Assembly: GCA_963828195.1 (NCBI GenBank)
Contig: CAWHDT010000005.1
Span: 544,001 to 608,000, forward strand
From: Candidatus Bathyarchaeota archaeon
Lineage (GTDB): Archaea > Thermoproteota > Bathyarchaeia > Bathyarchaeales > Bathycorpusculaceae
Reading direction: 5' to 3'
Length of the DNA: 64,000 nt
Position 1 is the first letter of the stretch, and each line of letters starts with the position of its first letter. The translations under genes were made by a program, and so were the position numbers. Below the pieces are notes generated by a model that made no database searches, was not told the DNA's origin, and saw only the letters and a list, made by a program, of their open reading frames with translations. Shown here piece after piece: positions 8,316 to 18,405 of the stretch.

Positions 8316-9248
8316 TCAAGTTTCAATCGGCATAATTCCAATTAACCGTGATGCAAGCAGACCTAAGAAGAACGAGCCGATGGGGTACCAATAGAGAACG
8401 GGAATAGCACCGATGCCTGGCACGTAAACCATAGAGGTAGTTCCAAAAGTGGGTGTTAAAACAAAAAACCAAATAATAATGTAGACAAAAGAGAATGCGA
8501 ACTGAACCATCTGTGGCTTCAGCATTTTTGTCTGCATATTTTTTATCTGCGATTCTCTCTTTTTGAGTTTTTCAACCTGTTTTTTGTCGTTTGCTCGCAT
8601 GGCAGCCATGGTTTCTGATCGGTATTCATTCATTTCTTTCTGCATGACACGGTACTGTTCCCACCCTATGAAATAGTTGATCAGAACCCTGTTTAATCCG
8701 GTGTTTAGAAACGCGATAACAATCGCGATGATAAAGATGAAAACTGCTGAAAAAACTGAAATGATTAAAATTGAATAATTAGCGTCTAATGTAAATGCTG
8801 GAGTAGTAAGTCCACTTGAAGTCGTGTTTTCATTGGCCCCGATTATCCATTTGTAATTGCCGGAGGGTTTAGGATTTGTTGCGTCAAAAGTTAACGTGAT
8901 GCTTTGCCCTGGGCTTAGTCCATCAGCAGAGCCATATAGAAGAATATCATTATTTTCTTTGGTTACTGTCCAATTTTGTGATGCGGGTTCTTGGCTTATA
9001 ACAATATTTCCAACATTACTGTACGCTGAAGGTATTGTAATGATTGCACTTCCAAGATTAGCTGCACCCGAGTTAGTTATGACCAAATTGTATGATGTTG
9101 CTTCGTCAACGCCCGAAGTCTTGGCTGTAATGGTTGCTTGACAACTGAGAGTCCCAGCGGCTTTTACTGTTCCAGTAAATGTACTTAAAGCTGAAAAAGC
9201 CACCAACGTGACAAGAAGGATAATAACTATTTTACTGAGCACTTTCAT
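8316..9248 (-). CDS. DUF106 / EMC3-TMCO1 (Oxa1-superfamily insertase) with extra N-terminal exported domain
   Basis: C-terminal half has a TM helix, coiled coil (MQKEMNEY...KKRESQIKNMQTKMLKPQ) and LYWY TM; N-terminal signal peptide plus beta-rich domain; synteny with secY and cmk. Confidence 0.85.
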   Translation of the reverse strand: MKVLSKIVIILLVTLVAFSALSTFTGTVKAAGTLSCQATITAKTSGVDEATSYNLVITNSGAANLGSAIITIPSAYSNVGNIVISQEPASQNWTVTKENNDILLYGSADGLSPGQSITLTFDATNPKPSGNYKWIIGANENTTSSGLTTPAFTLDANYSILIISVFSAVFIFIIAIVIAFLNTGLNRVLINYFIGWEQYRVMQKEMNEYRSETMAAMRANDKKQVEKLKKRESQIKNMQTKMLKPQMVQFAFSFVYIIIWFFVLTPTFGTTSMVYVPGIGAIPVLYWYPIGSFFLGLLASRLIGIMPIET

Positions 9249-9396
9249 TTGTCATCCTCCTTCTATTGCTCCTTAACAATCACCGCAATTTTCCTCTTGA
9301 AACTGTAATGCGTATCTTGTTTCCTTATTAATAACCGTTTTTGCTATAAGCGGCAGTGTTTTAAGAAAAACTTCTTTTCCCTTGTTAAGCTCAGTT

Positions 9397-10923
9397 CTAC
9401 TTTGTCATTGGTTCACTCCAAAAAAGGTAAACTTTCGTTTGTGAAAGTATCCCTACGAGCTTGATTAGTTTGGCAATTTTCGGCATCTCCGCATTTCTAA
9501 TGCTTTGAATATACTCGGATGTTGTTCCGTAGGCTCGATGCCCAGTAACCGCAAACTCCTTTTTGAACCGCGGATGCTTATTCTTAATTAATGATCCTTT
9601 AAGCATATCCATTTGTGCAGGGGTTAGACTTTGAAGTTTTTCTTTGACATACCGTTCGCTGCCCAAAAGCTGCAAGTCAAAACCCAACTCTGACAGTGCC
9701 TTTGAAACTCCCAAAACGCTTTCCACCGATTTTTGCTCAACTATTTTCTGCATACCTGCCTTCTCTGCAAACGGGTTATACTTCGCCATAACCGCAATCA
9801 TCTCAACATAGCATGTACCTACCAGGGGGAGGCTTTCACGGATAAGTTTGGCGCCTAAACCTATGGTTCGATATTTCGGGTGAACAACCACGCGGCTGAC
9901 AATGCTTAGCTGCTTATTCATTTCCTGCATTGACATCTTCGGCAGCACCAGACGCCTTCCATAGCAGCTTGGCGGAGGATAACTGTACACTACCACGCCG
10001 CAGAGCTCGTCACCCCGGATTAATCGAAAAATCTTGCGGGGAACAGCAACGTTGTGCCCTCGATAATGAAAACCGCTGAGCATGTGCCAATCATCAATGC
10101 TTCCCTGTTCAAACTTCATTTCTTGAATCAAACTGCACTCTTCAGCGGCATCTTTAGCGCCATAATTGATTTGAATTTCTTGCCCAAACCTCTTGTGAAC
10201 ATGAACGCTGGGATTAAGGTCAGCCAACAGGTCTCCGTGAGTTGTAGCTGCAATCACGGCTTTGCCCTGTTGCCGACCGATTTTCTGCAGGTTAAACGCA
10301 ATAATCTTCGCAGTATCCCTGTCCAAGCATGCGGCGAACTCGTCCATAAGCCACCACTGCCGCCCGCTTTCGATGAGCTTGGCAATTCTGTAACGGTACT
10401 TCTGGCCGTCGCTCAGTTGATTGTAGGTTCGGAGAAAAAGGAAGGCATCGTTCAACCCTACTTTGCTCAGCAAAGCTAAGCCTTCTTCCACTGTTGCACC
10501 GACTGTTTCAATCAGGGGTTTTTCAGGATCCACTGCGACTTCAGATAAATCCGCTGCCTCATCGCCGAGATCTGCCCTTATTGCCCGCAGCAAAACGCTT
10601 TTGCCTGACCCAGAATCCCCCGTAATATACACGACATCTCGCGGCCCAATCGCTAGTTCGGCATCAAGAACCTTGAACTTCTGCGCCTCATCAATGCCCA
10701 AACCGAAAGCTTCAGCAACAACAAGGCTCCGAGCAGTAAGTCGGGCGTGCGTTTCGTAGCTTATGTTAAAAGTGAACTTGCCCTCTGCCCTATCGTAGAC
10801 CCGGCGAAACTGCTTTATACGGAAAAACTCGGTCCGCCTCCGCGATATACGGCATTCACCATTCACACTATGCTCCGCCAGTTTCTTTCGGACACGAGTT
10901 AAGTCAGATTTTCCCTTTCTCAT
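9397..10923 (-). CDS. ABC-type ATPase fused to a GNAT acetyltransferase (Mom-like)
   Basis: Walker A GDSGSGKS, signature LSDGQKYR, Walker B WLMDEF, H-loop ATTH; then FHYR and GNAT motif A SRVVVHPKYRTIGLG. Confidence 0.8.
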   Translation of the reverse strand: MRKGKSDLTRVRKKLAEHSVNGECRISRRRTEFFRIKQFRRVYDRAEGKFTFNISYETHARLTARSLVVAEAFGLGIDEAQKFKVLDAELAIGPRDVVYITGDSGSGKSVLLRAIRADLGDEAADLSEVAVDPEKPLIETVGATVEEGLALLSKVGLNDAFLFLRTYNQLSDGQKYRYRIAKLIESGRQWWLMDEFAACLDRDTAKIIAFNLQKIGRQQGKAVIAATTHGDLLADLNPSVHVHKRFGQEIQINYGAKDAAEECSLIQEMKFEQGSIDDWHMLSGFHYRGHNVAVPRKIFRLIRGDELCGVVVYSYPPPSCYGRRLVLPKMSMQEMNKQLSIVSRVVVHPKYRTIGLGAKLIRESLPLVGTCYVEMIAVMAKYNPFAEKAGMQKIVEQKSVESVLGVSKALSELGFDLQLLGSERYVKEKLQSLTPAQMDMLKGSLIKNKHPRFKKEFAVTGHRAYGTTSEYIQSIRNAEMPKIAKLIKLVGILSQTKVYLFWSEPMTK

Positions 10924-11020
10924 TCTACATAGCCTCCGCTGACCATAAATTTACAATGCCGAAAAATAGCTAGTTAAATTCTCAGATATTAAAGAAAAAA
11001 CAGCAAATTATTGGTTTACA

Positions 11021-11266
11021 CTATGTTTTGCGACCAGCAAAAACTCCGACGACTATCCCGACCAACCCTGTAATGGCGCTAAAAACTTCGCTGTTCCAAT
11101 TATGCAAGAACGCCATGTTGGCTATCTCAACCGCTGAAAAGCAAACGGTCATTGCTATGCCGAACTTTACCACGTACACGAGTGTCTCGTCAGGCTCCTC
11201 GTCAACAAGGCGCCCACGCTGAAAACGTCGACGTGTCAACGCGCGTTTAATCGGGTCGACCATCAA
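11021..11266 (-). CDS. Small two-TM viral membrane protein (holin-like candidate)
   Basis: 81 aa, basic N-terminus, two hydrophobic helices, located at the end of the tail module. Confidence 0.55.
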   Translation of the reverse strand: MMVDPIKRALTRRRFQRGRLVDEEPDETLVYVVKFGIAMTVCFSAVEIANMAFLHNWNSEVFSAITGLVGIVVGVFAGRKT

Positions 11267-11702
11267 CGCTCAACCTCAACTGCAAAATCCTTCGCTGAAA
11301 CGTTCGGGAACGATGAAGCGTCCGGTGCCCGCCAAGCAGGAAACTGTTGACCAGCGTGCCAGCAACCTCTTCGGGAACGTGCTCCTTAACTATTACAGAC
11401 ATGTCGGCTGTCCAGCTTATCGGGATGGCGGTGTAATCCATGTCGAAGAGTCCGTCGGCGTAGCGGAAACTGTTCTGTGCAAGAACTATATGCTTTGTCT
11501 TGGTGCCTAAGACGCCTATGAAGATTCCCCAGCTTTTAACCGGGACATCAATAGCTGCTCCGCTGCCGCTGCTTTTTCCGACGCTGGCGTCGCACCATTC
11601 GACACAGATCAAGTCGCCCACACTGAGCGATTTAAGCTGCTCCTTCAAATCTTTCTCCTTAGCCTTGTTTTCTTTATCACATTCTTTAGTTTCTTTTTTC
11701 AA
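11247..11702 (-). CDS. Viral hypothetical protein
   Basis: 151 aa with VEWCDAS motif; overlaps the next gene. Confidence 0.65.
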   Translation of the reverse strand: MKKETKECDKENKAKEKDLKEQLKSLSVGDLICVEWCDASVGKSSGSGAAIDVPVKSWGIFIGVLGTKTKHIVLAQNSFRYADGLFDMDYTAIPISWTADMSVIVKEHVPEEVAGTLVNSFLLGGHRTLHRSRTFQRRILQLRLSVDGRPD

Positions 11703-11758
11703 AACTTGTCACTTTCCCTCTCTCAATTACCATGAAATTTCGCGCTTGACAACGGCGC

Positions 11759-14593
11759 TTAAACGCCTGCTCCTGCAAGCAACGCTAGCGCGATTGGCAG
11801 AATTAGGAATCCGCCTTCTGTGGTTCCTATTTGGCTTCGCCACACCCTACCCTTTACATCGACCATGTCACATACTTGTCCGCCGCTTAGCGACAACCAT
11901 TTGATAAAACTGATTAATCCCGCAATCAACGAAGCATAGGTAACGCTATCTACGGTTTGGCATGCTACAGCCATCAACGCTGCATACCCAGAGTATTCGT
12001 TTTGTGTTTGGCCAGAGGCGCCGGTGTAGGGGCAGTAGTATTCGCCGCCCCAAGAGCCGCGGGTTAACGTATTGATGTAGCTTAGACAGATTTCGCATTG
12101 ACTGCTAAAATCGCCTGCCGTTTGGTAAGCGCTCTTTGCGAACGCGTAGACTGCCCAGCTGCAAAGCGCCTGCGTGTAACTGATTTTTTCTTCATATGTG
12201 AAGGGAACATTGGTGTTTTGCCCATAAGGATACGATGTATCATAATACTGGGCAGCTGTTCCCCGCCATCCAGTAACCGCTATGCTGTAGTAGAGGTTGT
12301 TAGCGAAAGTTTGTACACTGTAACCTGAAGCCGTCACAAGACTGACGCCGTAGGCGTCCATGGCAAACTTCGCTGAAAGCAAACATTCGCCGCAGTCAGC
12401 AAGCAAAGCCGTCGTGTCTGTGGCTCCATCGAGGATTTCGTTTGCGATAAGATTCGATGAGTAAGCCACCGTATGCGCGTACTGAAGCTTACGCAGAAAA
12501 TCAAGTGCATGCTGCACGTTTGCTTTATACCGGGTTCCGCTTGTTAATCGATCATAGTTGCTCATAGCCCAAGCAAGCAGAGCTGCGCCGGAATCAACCT
12601 TCAAGTTGCCGTCTGTGCCTTCTGAAGTTTCAGTAACAACGGCATAGGGCGAATAGGGGTTGTACTGTTGGTACCAGCTGCCGTCTGAATTCTGCAGCGA
12701 AGCCCACAGGTCAAGAATACTCTGCACTTGACCGTAATATGTGGAGCCGCCGTACTGCAGTAAAGCCAGTATTGCGTAGCCAGCTTCATAACAGTTCATC
12801 GTTCCCGTGGGCGACGAAACAACAATGTCGCCGCCTAAAATGCACGAAGTCACCAGGTAACTGAGGCTTACCGTGTATCTTGCTTTAACATTTGTCGCGT
12901 AAGTTAAGAATAATTCACCACTGCTAACGGTAACTGTGGTGGGCACGTTTACGTAGCTAATAAGGGGAAAAAAGTAAAGCGAATACACCTCCGCTGCACC
13001 GAGGACACGCGCAAAAAACATAACTTCAGACTCTACCCCAGTGAAGCCTCCCGCTGAAGCACTTTGCGCACCTATGTACGTGTCACTCGTACTGCTACCG
13101 ATTGCACCAGTTTGAGACAGCTGCACCAACACGGGCCCATTAAGGTAAATGTACATGTTTGTTCCATCATAAACAAAAGCGCCGAAGAGCCGCCCATTTA
13201 GAGTCGCCGATCCTGCCGGTGCCGTTAAGGTTACCCAGGCGCCGCCGATGTACAAGCCGAAAACGATGCTGCCGTTCGCTTGTAATTGAACGTAAAATTG
13301 GTTAGCTTTATACACGAGATATTGCGCGGCTGCCGCGGTTGGCGAGAACCAAGCTGTGAACGAAAATTTAGATAAGCCGCCAAAATCTACGACGTTGGCA
13401 GGGATGTCAACGTAAGAGCCGTTTCCGTTAAACATTAAAACTTCTGTGTTTGGCCCTTGAACCCAAACGTTTCCTGAGCCTATCGTGCCGTTGTTTGCGT
13501 TTGGACTTTGATCGGTCGCTACTGTGCCGCTTCCTTCGCCAAGATGATAGAAGCCGATAAGGCTTTGCAGACTTACACTGGCGCCCTGAACTTGATCACT
13601 GCTAACGGGCATGGTGTTTAGTGCAGTTGTTGTCCCGGCAACGGTGTTTAAAATGTCATCGAGACTTGGATCAGTCAAATTAGCGAAAACAGCTGCAGAA
13701 CGGACAACGTCCAAGATAGCCTTAGTCAAGTTCTTTGTTATTTGATAAATCTCGTAGGTTCCGCTTAAACCCAATTCTGCACCATTGCTTATCGTAACTA
13801 AATCGCCGCTGTTTAGAAGCGCAGCCTGACCTATGTCACATTCAAGCGGACAACCGCTGTTGGTCTCCTGCAAAGCCTGAAGGTAATAGCCAGCTAAATT
13901 ATTCAGCGATGCCTGGCTTATCGCCGTTTTATTTGTAATAACTTGAACATTGTAGCCTGCACCCGTATTCCCGGCGGACCCTGTGATTGCGTTTCCGACT
14001 GGATCAACCCCGCGGACTATAACGCCGTCGTAACCGCTTTTGCTGCGGTCAACACTTACGCTGCTTTGGCTATCAACCGTTATCGCCGTTGGAGTTTGGT
14101 TGCCTTTAAGTGCAATGTTAACGGTTGTGCCTTCGTTGAACATGTTTAAACCTAAAATATTAGCCAGGTTTAAGGCTGCTGTGTAGCAGTCGGTCGAATT
14201 AAACTGCGTGCTAACAACTGTTGATGGGCAAGAACCAGCAGTCATGCCTGATGCGGCGCAGATTGCAGCTAGAACCGCGAATGCGGCAACATTACTGTAT
14301 GAACCCGTGATCTGCCTTTTCTTAAGCAACTCACATGTGTTATTGTATACGATACATTCAATCTGTGTAAACGTTGCCTTATACGCCATAAGCAAACCGC
14401 TAAAAGCAACCGTGCCTCCCCACAGAAGCTGAACTTGCTGGTTACTTTGAACAAAAGTCAAATTCGACGCATTGTTAGGAATGATGAAATCTAATTCCAA
14501 CTGCCCATTTAATTTGTCGGTTATCTGATCAATCACGGCGTTTGATATGTTAACCCACGAAGACCCGTTAAAATACTGAAAAACCCACGGCAT
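11759..14593 (-). CDS. Tail tip/hub protein with LamG domain and C-terminal alpha/alpha-barrel-like domain
   Basis: N-terminal tail-hub-like region; LamG YHLGEGSGTVATD...FNGNGSYV...YDGTNMYIYLNG; C-terminal helical region with LQNSDGSW. Confidence 0.75.
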   Translation of the reverse strand: MPWVFQYFNGSSWVNISNAVIDQITDKLNGQLELDFIIPNNASNLTFVQSNQQVQLLWGGTVAFSGLLMAYKATFTQIECIVYNNTCELLKKRQITGSYSNVAAFAVLAAICAASGMTAGSCPSTVVSTQFNSTDCYTAALNLANILGLNMFNEGTTVNIALKGNQTPTAITVDSQSSVSVDRSKSGYDGVIVRGVDPVGNAITGSAGNTGAGYNVQVITNKTAISQASLNNLAGYYLQALQETNSGCPLECDIGQAALLNSGDLVTISNGAELGLSGTYEIYQITKNLTKAILDVVRSAAVFANLTDPSLDDILNTVAGTTTALNTMPVSSDQVQGASVSLQSLIGFYHLGEGSGTVATDQSPNANNGTIGSGNVWVQGPNTEVLMFNGNGSYVDIPANVVDFGGLSKFSFTAWFSPTAAAAQYLVYKANQFYVQLQANGSIVFGLYIGGAWVTLTAPAGSATLNGRLFGAFVYDGTNMYIYLNGPVLVQLSQTGAIGSSTSDTYIGAQSASAGGFTGVESEVMFFARVLGAAEVYSLYFFPLISYVNVPTTVTVSSGELFLTYATNVKARYTVSLSYLVTSCILGGDIVVSSPTGTMNCYEAGYAILALLQYGGSTYYGQVQSILDLWASLQNSDGSWYQQYNPYSPYAVVTETSEGTDGNLKVDSGAALLAWAMSNYDRLTSGTRYKANVQHALDFLRKLQYAHTVAYSSNLIANEILDGATDTTALLADCGECLLSAKFAMDAYGVSLVTASGYSVQTFANNLYYSIAVTGWRGTAAQYYDTSYPYGQNTNVPFTYEEKISYTQALCSWAVYAFAKSAYQTAGDFSSQCEICLSYINTLTRGSWGGEYYCPYTGASGQTQNEYSGYAALMAVACQTVDSVTYASLIAGLISFIKWLSLSGGQVCDMVDVKGRVWRSQIGTTEGGFLILPIALALLAGAGV

Positions 14594-14595
14594 AA

Positions 14596-14991
14596 CTAGA
14601 GCACCACGTAACTTGCTGCATGCTTAAAAACCAAATTGAATTTGAGAACAGGGTTATTCGCGTAATCTTTAGTTTGAATGAAAGTTGCTTTATCCAGCTT
14701 CCAAGTGCTGTTAAGGCTTGACCGGGGAGTCAACAGCGTACAGATTAAGCCTCTCATAGCAAGCAAAGGCATAACATAATTCGAGTCCAAATAAGCAATG
14801 TTTTGCCCTGAAGCGTAAAGGATGCCCTCTAACGTCAGCTGCCGTATGTCGCTGCCGATCGAAACCAACACTGGCTCCTGCTCAGGCACCGTAATTGTTG
14901 CGTCGTCAACTGTTGGCGCTTCATCCGTAACTGTCTGCGGGGGCAACGGAAGCGTAACCGCCGTGGATCCCTGTGTTATTTGCCAACTCAT
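14596..14991 (-). CDS. Distal tail protein (Dit-like)
   Basis: 131 aa between tape measure and tail tip; RQLTLEG. Confidence 0.55.
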   Translation of the reverse strand: MSWQITQGSTAVTLPLPPQTVTDEAPTVDDATITVPEQEPVLVSIGSDIRQLTLEGILYASGQNIAYLDSNYVMPLLAMRGLICTLLTPRSSLNSTWKLDKATFIQTKDYANNPVLKFNLVFKHAASYVVL

Positions 14992-16377
14992 CTACATCAC
15001 CTTATTCATTATGCCTTTCTTGTACATTGCATCACAGATTCCCTTGGATACGGCGTCACGTGTCTGCTTAAGCGAAGCTGACCCAGATATGCTGCCGATT
15101 GTAATGTTTGGCGAAGCAATGTTCACGTTTGACGCCGCCGAGCCGCCTTGAACTTTAACGTTGCCTGATAAACCCTGCAACGACGAGCCCAAAGTGTTGG
15201 TTTTATGCGCCAACTGATCGCTAAGTGAAAGACTCTGCGTAATCTGTTTGTTAAATTCCTCAGCAGCGGGAGCCGCATGTGCAAAGCATAAGTGGCTAAG
15301 CGCTGACCCTAAGTCGCCAATTACGCTGCTCAGCGGCTTCACAGCGTTCGCAACGGCGTTAATCGCCACTTCAAAAGCCTTCACCGGAACAAGCGCAACA
15401 TCCAAGTCGGCAACTAAAACCTCTTTGAAAAAGTTAGCCACTGGAAGCAGCACGTTGCTGTAAGCCGCGTTTAAAGCATTCCATAAAGCGTCACCTGCAG
15501 TTTTCAAAGCGTCAAAAGCAGTTAATACGGCTCCGCCGACTATGTGGCCGATGTCGTTGATGACGTCGCGGAAAGGCGCACAGTTCTCGTAAGCCCAAAT
15601 TATCCCAGCGGTTAAACCCGCAACTGCCAATGCAACCAGAATTATCGGGTTAGCATCCATAACAACGTTGAGAGTTGTTTGAAGGCCAGTCCATATCTGC
15701 GTTGCATTTGACGCTAAACCGATAACGTTTACGAACGCGGGAATAACGGTGAGGGCTGACATTATAAGCGTGCTGTTGTAACTTCGCTGCGCCTCGGAGA
15801 CCCGTTCCGCGTCGATTGACTGGGTTTGCTCAGCGAGGCTTAACGCGTTCGCCGCATCTTGGGCTTGAAGACTATTTTCGCCGTATTCCGCAACCGCTTT
15901 GTTGTATGCCTGCTGCGCCAGCGTAACGCTGTTTGCAGCTTTTTCCTCCATAAGATTAGCGCGGCTAAGGCTAACCTGCGCGTTTTCAATATTGTTTACA
16001 GCCATATACAGCATGGCACCGCTCATCGCAGCGCTATTCATCTGCATCGCGTTTTGACTGAAACTTTGGCTGGACGCATCCGTCGCAGTGCTTGCCGCGC
16101 CTGTGCTTGTCGTTATCTGGTTCATGCTTACCTGCGCGGTGCTGCCGGCTTGAGTGAAAGCGTCCTGCATCTGGCTGGTGTCAGCTTGCACCGTGGTAGT
16201 CATGGTTGAAACGCTGCTTGCGGTTTGCTGCATGCTGTCTGAAACGTCGCTGCTCATCGTGTCAGAAGCTTCGCTGACATTGCTGCTCATATCAGTAAAG
16301 TTGCTGCTGACCTCTTGAAAAACGTCTGATGCGTCATCAGTTGCAACTATGTCTATTTCTACAGGAGCTCCGCTCAT
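14992..16377 (-). CDS. Tail tape measure protein
   Basis: N-terminal IDIVATDDAS, Ala/Ser/Gln-rich helical body, ANPIILVALAVAGL motif; downstream of the tail chaperone. Confidence 0.85.
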   Translation of the reverse strand: MSGAPVEIDIVATDDASDVFQEVSSNFTDMSSNVSEASDTMSSDVSDSMQQTASSVSTMTTTVQADTSQMQDAFTQAGSTAQVSMNQITTSTGAASTATDASSQSFSQNAMQMNSAAMSGAMLYMAVNNIENAQVSLSRANLMEEKAANSVTLAQQAYNKAVAEYGENSLQAQDAANALSLAEQTQSIDAERVSEAQRSYNSTLIMSALTVIPAFVNVIGLASNATQIWTGLQTTLNVVMDANPIILVALAVAGLTAGIIWAYENCAPFRDVINDIGHIVGGAVLTAFDALKTAGDALWNALNAAYSNVLLPVANFFKEVLVADLDVALVPVKAFEVAINAVANAVKPLSSVIGDLGSALSHLCFAHAAPAAEEFNKQITQSLSLSDQLAHKTNTLGSSLQGLSGNVKVQGGSAASNVNIASPNITIGSISGSASLKQTRDAVSKGICDAMYKKGIMNKVM

Positions 16378-16483
16378 TTGTTTTTAGCCTTCTGAAACAT
16401 TTTTTAGGCGCTCCAGCCATACCTTAGTGCATTCAGGGTTGGCTGAGGCTCTGGAAACTTGGGAATGAAGTTCTGTCTTAACT

Positions 16484-17290
16484 TTATTTTTCAGCTTGAT
16501 TCCATAAATCGTCAAAGTAGTTTTGAAATATTTCTATGCATCCGGGATGGCTAAGAAAAAGAATAAATCCCTCGCCAATTCCCGCGTTTTCCAGAAGAGG
16601 AACCCAGACCACCCTATTGTCGCATATTGACACTTCCACCTTTGGCGTGAAGGGGACATATCTTATCTGGAAGTTGGGTTCTTTAACCAAACTTTGGAAT
16701 TCATCTTTATCAATTAGATTATTCTTGGACTTTTCAACAATGACGCGGTATTTGACACCTCGGTTCACTGCAGAGAGGTAATCTTCAGATTTTCCTAATA
16801 CCCCCACGAAAAATGCTTTGCGGTTAACTAAAATGTCGTGACTCTCTTTTGTCTCTGCGCATACTCGGCTAACTTCATTAAGGGTCTTTTCTTTGTTGAA
16901 ATTTAATATCTTGAAATTTGAGGTTTCTACTCTGTTCACATTTTCAGAATGAATTTCGTTCAGCAAAGATACCAATTCAGACTGGATTTTAAGATATTGC
17001 TCTTCCTTGCGCCTTAAAAGGGCGGATATCCCTTCTTTGAGCGGAACAGCTTCCCACAAATTTATTGTGCCTAGAGTCTCTTCAAGCAAGCCCAATTTTT
17101 GTAATTGCGAGATTGCTTGATAGACGTTCGATCGGTCTGTATCTATTCTTTTCGAAAGATTGCTTACAGTTTCTTTTCCAGTTTGAATCAAAGTCAAATA
17201 TACCATAGCTTGAAGAGAAGTTAGCCCTGCCTTTCTGAGGGTTTGGACATCTTTTTCCGAAACCATAATGTTTAGCCTCCACAATCGCAT
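16484..17290 (-). CDS. TrmB-family transcriptional regulator (cargo)
   Basis: GLTSLQAMVYLTL...DRSNVYQAISQLQKLGLLE wHTH; C-terminal FQNYFDDLW; likely start 17266. Confidence 0.85.
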   Translation of the reverse strand: MRLWRLNIMVSEKDVQTLRKAGLTSLQAMVYLTLIQTGKETVSNLSKRIDTDRSNVYQAISQLQKLGLLEETLGTINLWEAVPLKEGISALLRRKEEQYLKIQSELVSLLNEIHSENVNRVETSNFKILNFNKEKTLNEVSRVCAETKESHDILVNRKAFFVGVLGKSEDYLSAVNRGVKYRVIVEKSKNNLIDKDEFQSLVKEPNFQIRYVPFTPKVEVSICDNRVVWVPLLENAGIGEGFILFLSHPGCIEIFQNYFDDLWNQAEK

Positions 17291-17445
17291 GAAAGAGCTA
17301 ACGAACAGATTTAGGGTTTTTCAGATTTAAGGTTTTTCAGAATCGCGGCGGATGACCAAGTGATGCGGTGTGCACTAAACACCACATAATAATAAATGAC
17401 AAATTGCAACAAACAGTTACTTACTAAAAAAGAAGGTAAGAAAAC

Positions 17446-18225
17446 ATGCTATTGAAGGGAAAGAGAATAATTGTAACAGGCGGAGTTACAGGAATTGGAA
17501 AAGCAACAGTATTGGCATGCGCCCGAGAAGGCGCAAAAGTAGTTTCTATCTCACGAGCCAAACCCACTGAAGAGCGAGTACAAAAGGTGATAAACGCAGC
17601 AAACGAACTTGGAGCTGGACAAGCCACCCACATGCAGGCCGACGTCAGCAACCAATCCATAGTAAACAGTGCTTTTGAAAGAGCAGTTGCTTGGATGGGT
17701 GGATTGGACGTACTCATAAACTGTGCTGGTCTCGAACAACAGAAACCGGCAGAGGATCTTACGGAAGATGATTTACATGAGCAATTTGCAGTTCATGTGC
17801 TAGGTACAGCTTTCACGAATGCAGCCGCGTTTCGTTATATGAAAAAAACAGGTGGTTCAATAGTCAATTATGCCTCTTATGCTGGAGTTTGCGGGATGCC
17901 GGGAATGCCGTCATATAGTGCTGCTAAGGGAGCGGTAATTGGTTACTCAAGAACCATTGCAAAAGATTGGGCGCAATACTGGATTAGAGTCAACATAGTA
18001 TGCCCTGGTGTCTTGACCGAGCTCGCAGAGTCATGGTATAAAGAGATGTCACCTGAGAGAATGGCGCAGATTAACGCTTGGATGGCAGCTACGATACCTT
18101 TAGGTGGCAAGCTTGGCAAAATGGAAGATGCCGCAAACCTAAATGTGTTCTTGGCAAGTGACATGTCGCGTTTTGTGCATGGACAGACCATCGGCGTAGA
18201 TGGCGGCATGATGATGAGCCGATAA
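17446..18225 (+). CDS. Short-chain dehydrogenase/reductase (cargo)
   Basis: TGGVTGIG, NCAG, YSAAKG, IRVNIVCPG, VDGG. Confidence 0.95.
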   Translation: MLLKGKRIIVTGGVTGIGKATVLACAREGAKVVSISRAKPTEERVQKVINAANELGAGQATHMQADVSNQSIVNSAFERAVAWMGGLDVLINCAGLEQQKPAEDLTEDDLHEQFAVHVLGTAFTNAAAFRYMKKTGGSIVNYASYAGVCGMPGMPSYSAAKGAVIGYSRTIAKDWAQYWIRVNIVCPGVLTELAESWYKEMSPERMAQINAWMAATIPLGGKLGKMEDAANLNVFLASDMSRFVHGQTIGVDGGMMMSR

Positions 18226-18405
18226 ACCTTGGGAATCCTAATGCTCGAGGATTCACCCCATTTTTCCTTTTTTATGAAAGACACTTATGCAAGGAAACTT
18301 TGACTTTCGACTATACATAAAACTCTAACTACTATTTTTGGTGCTATCTAACTAGGGCTCAGTCCAGTTTTGCTTAGCGCGTCTTACGCTCCACTTATCT
18401 TGTTT

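Noticed and set aside
9361-9396. Possible att site: weak similarity to 33488-33512 and 33574-33588
   Set aside because: Short, gapped, A/T-rich matches with no integrase or tRNA; not distinguishable from chance.
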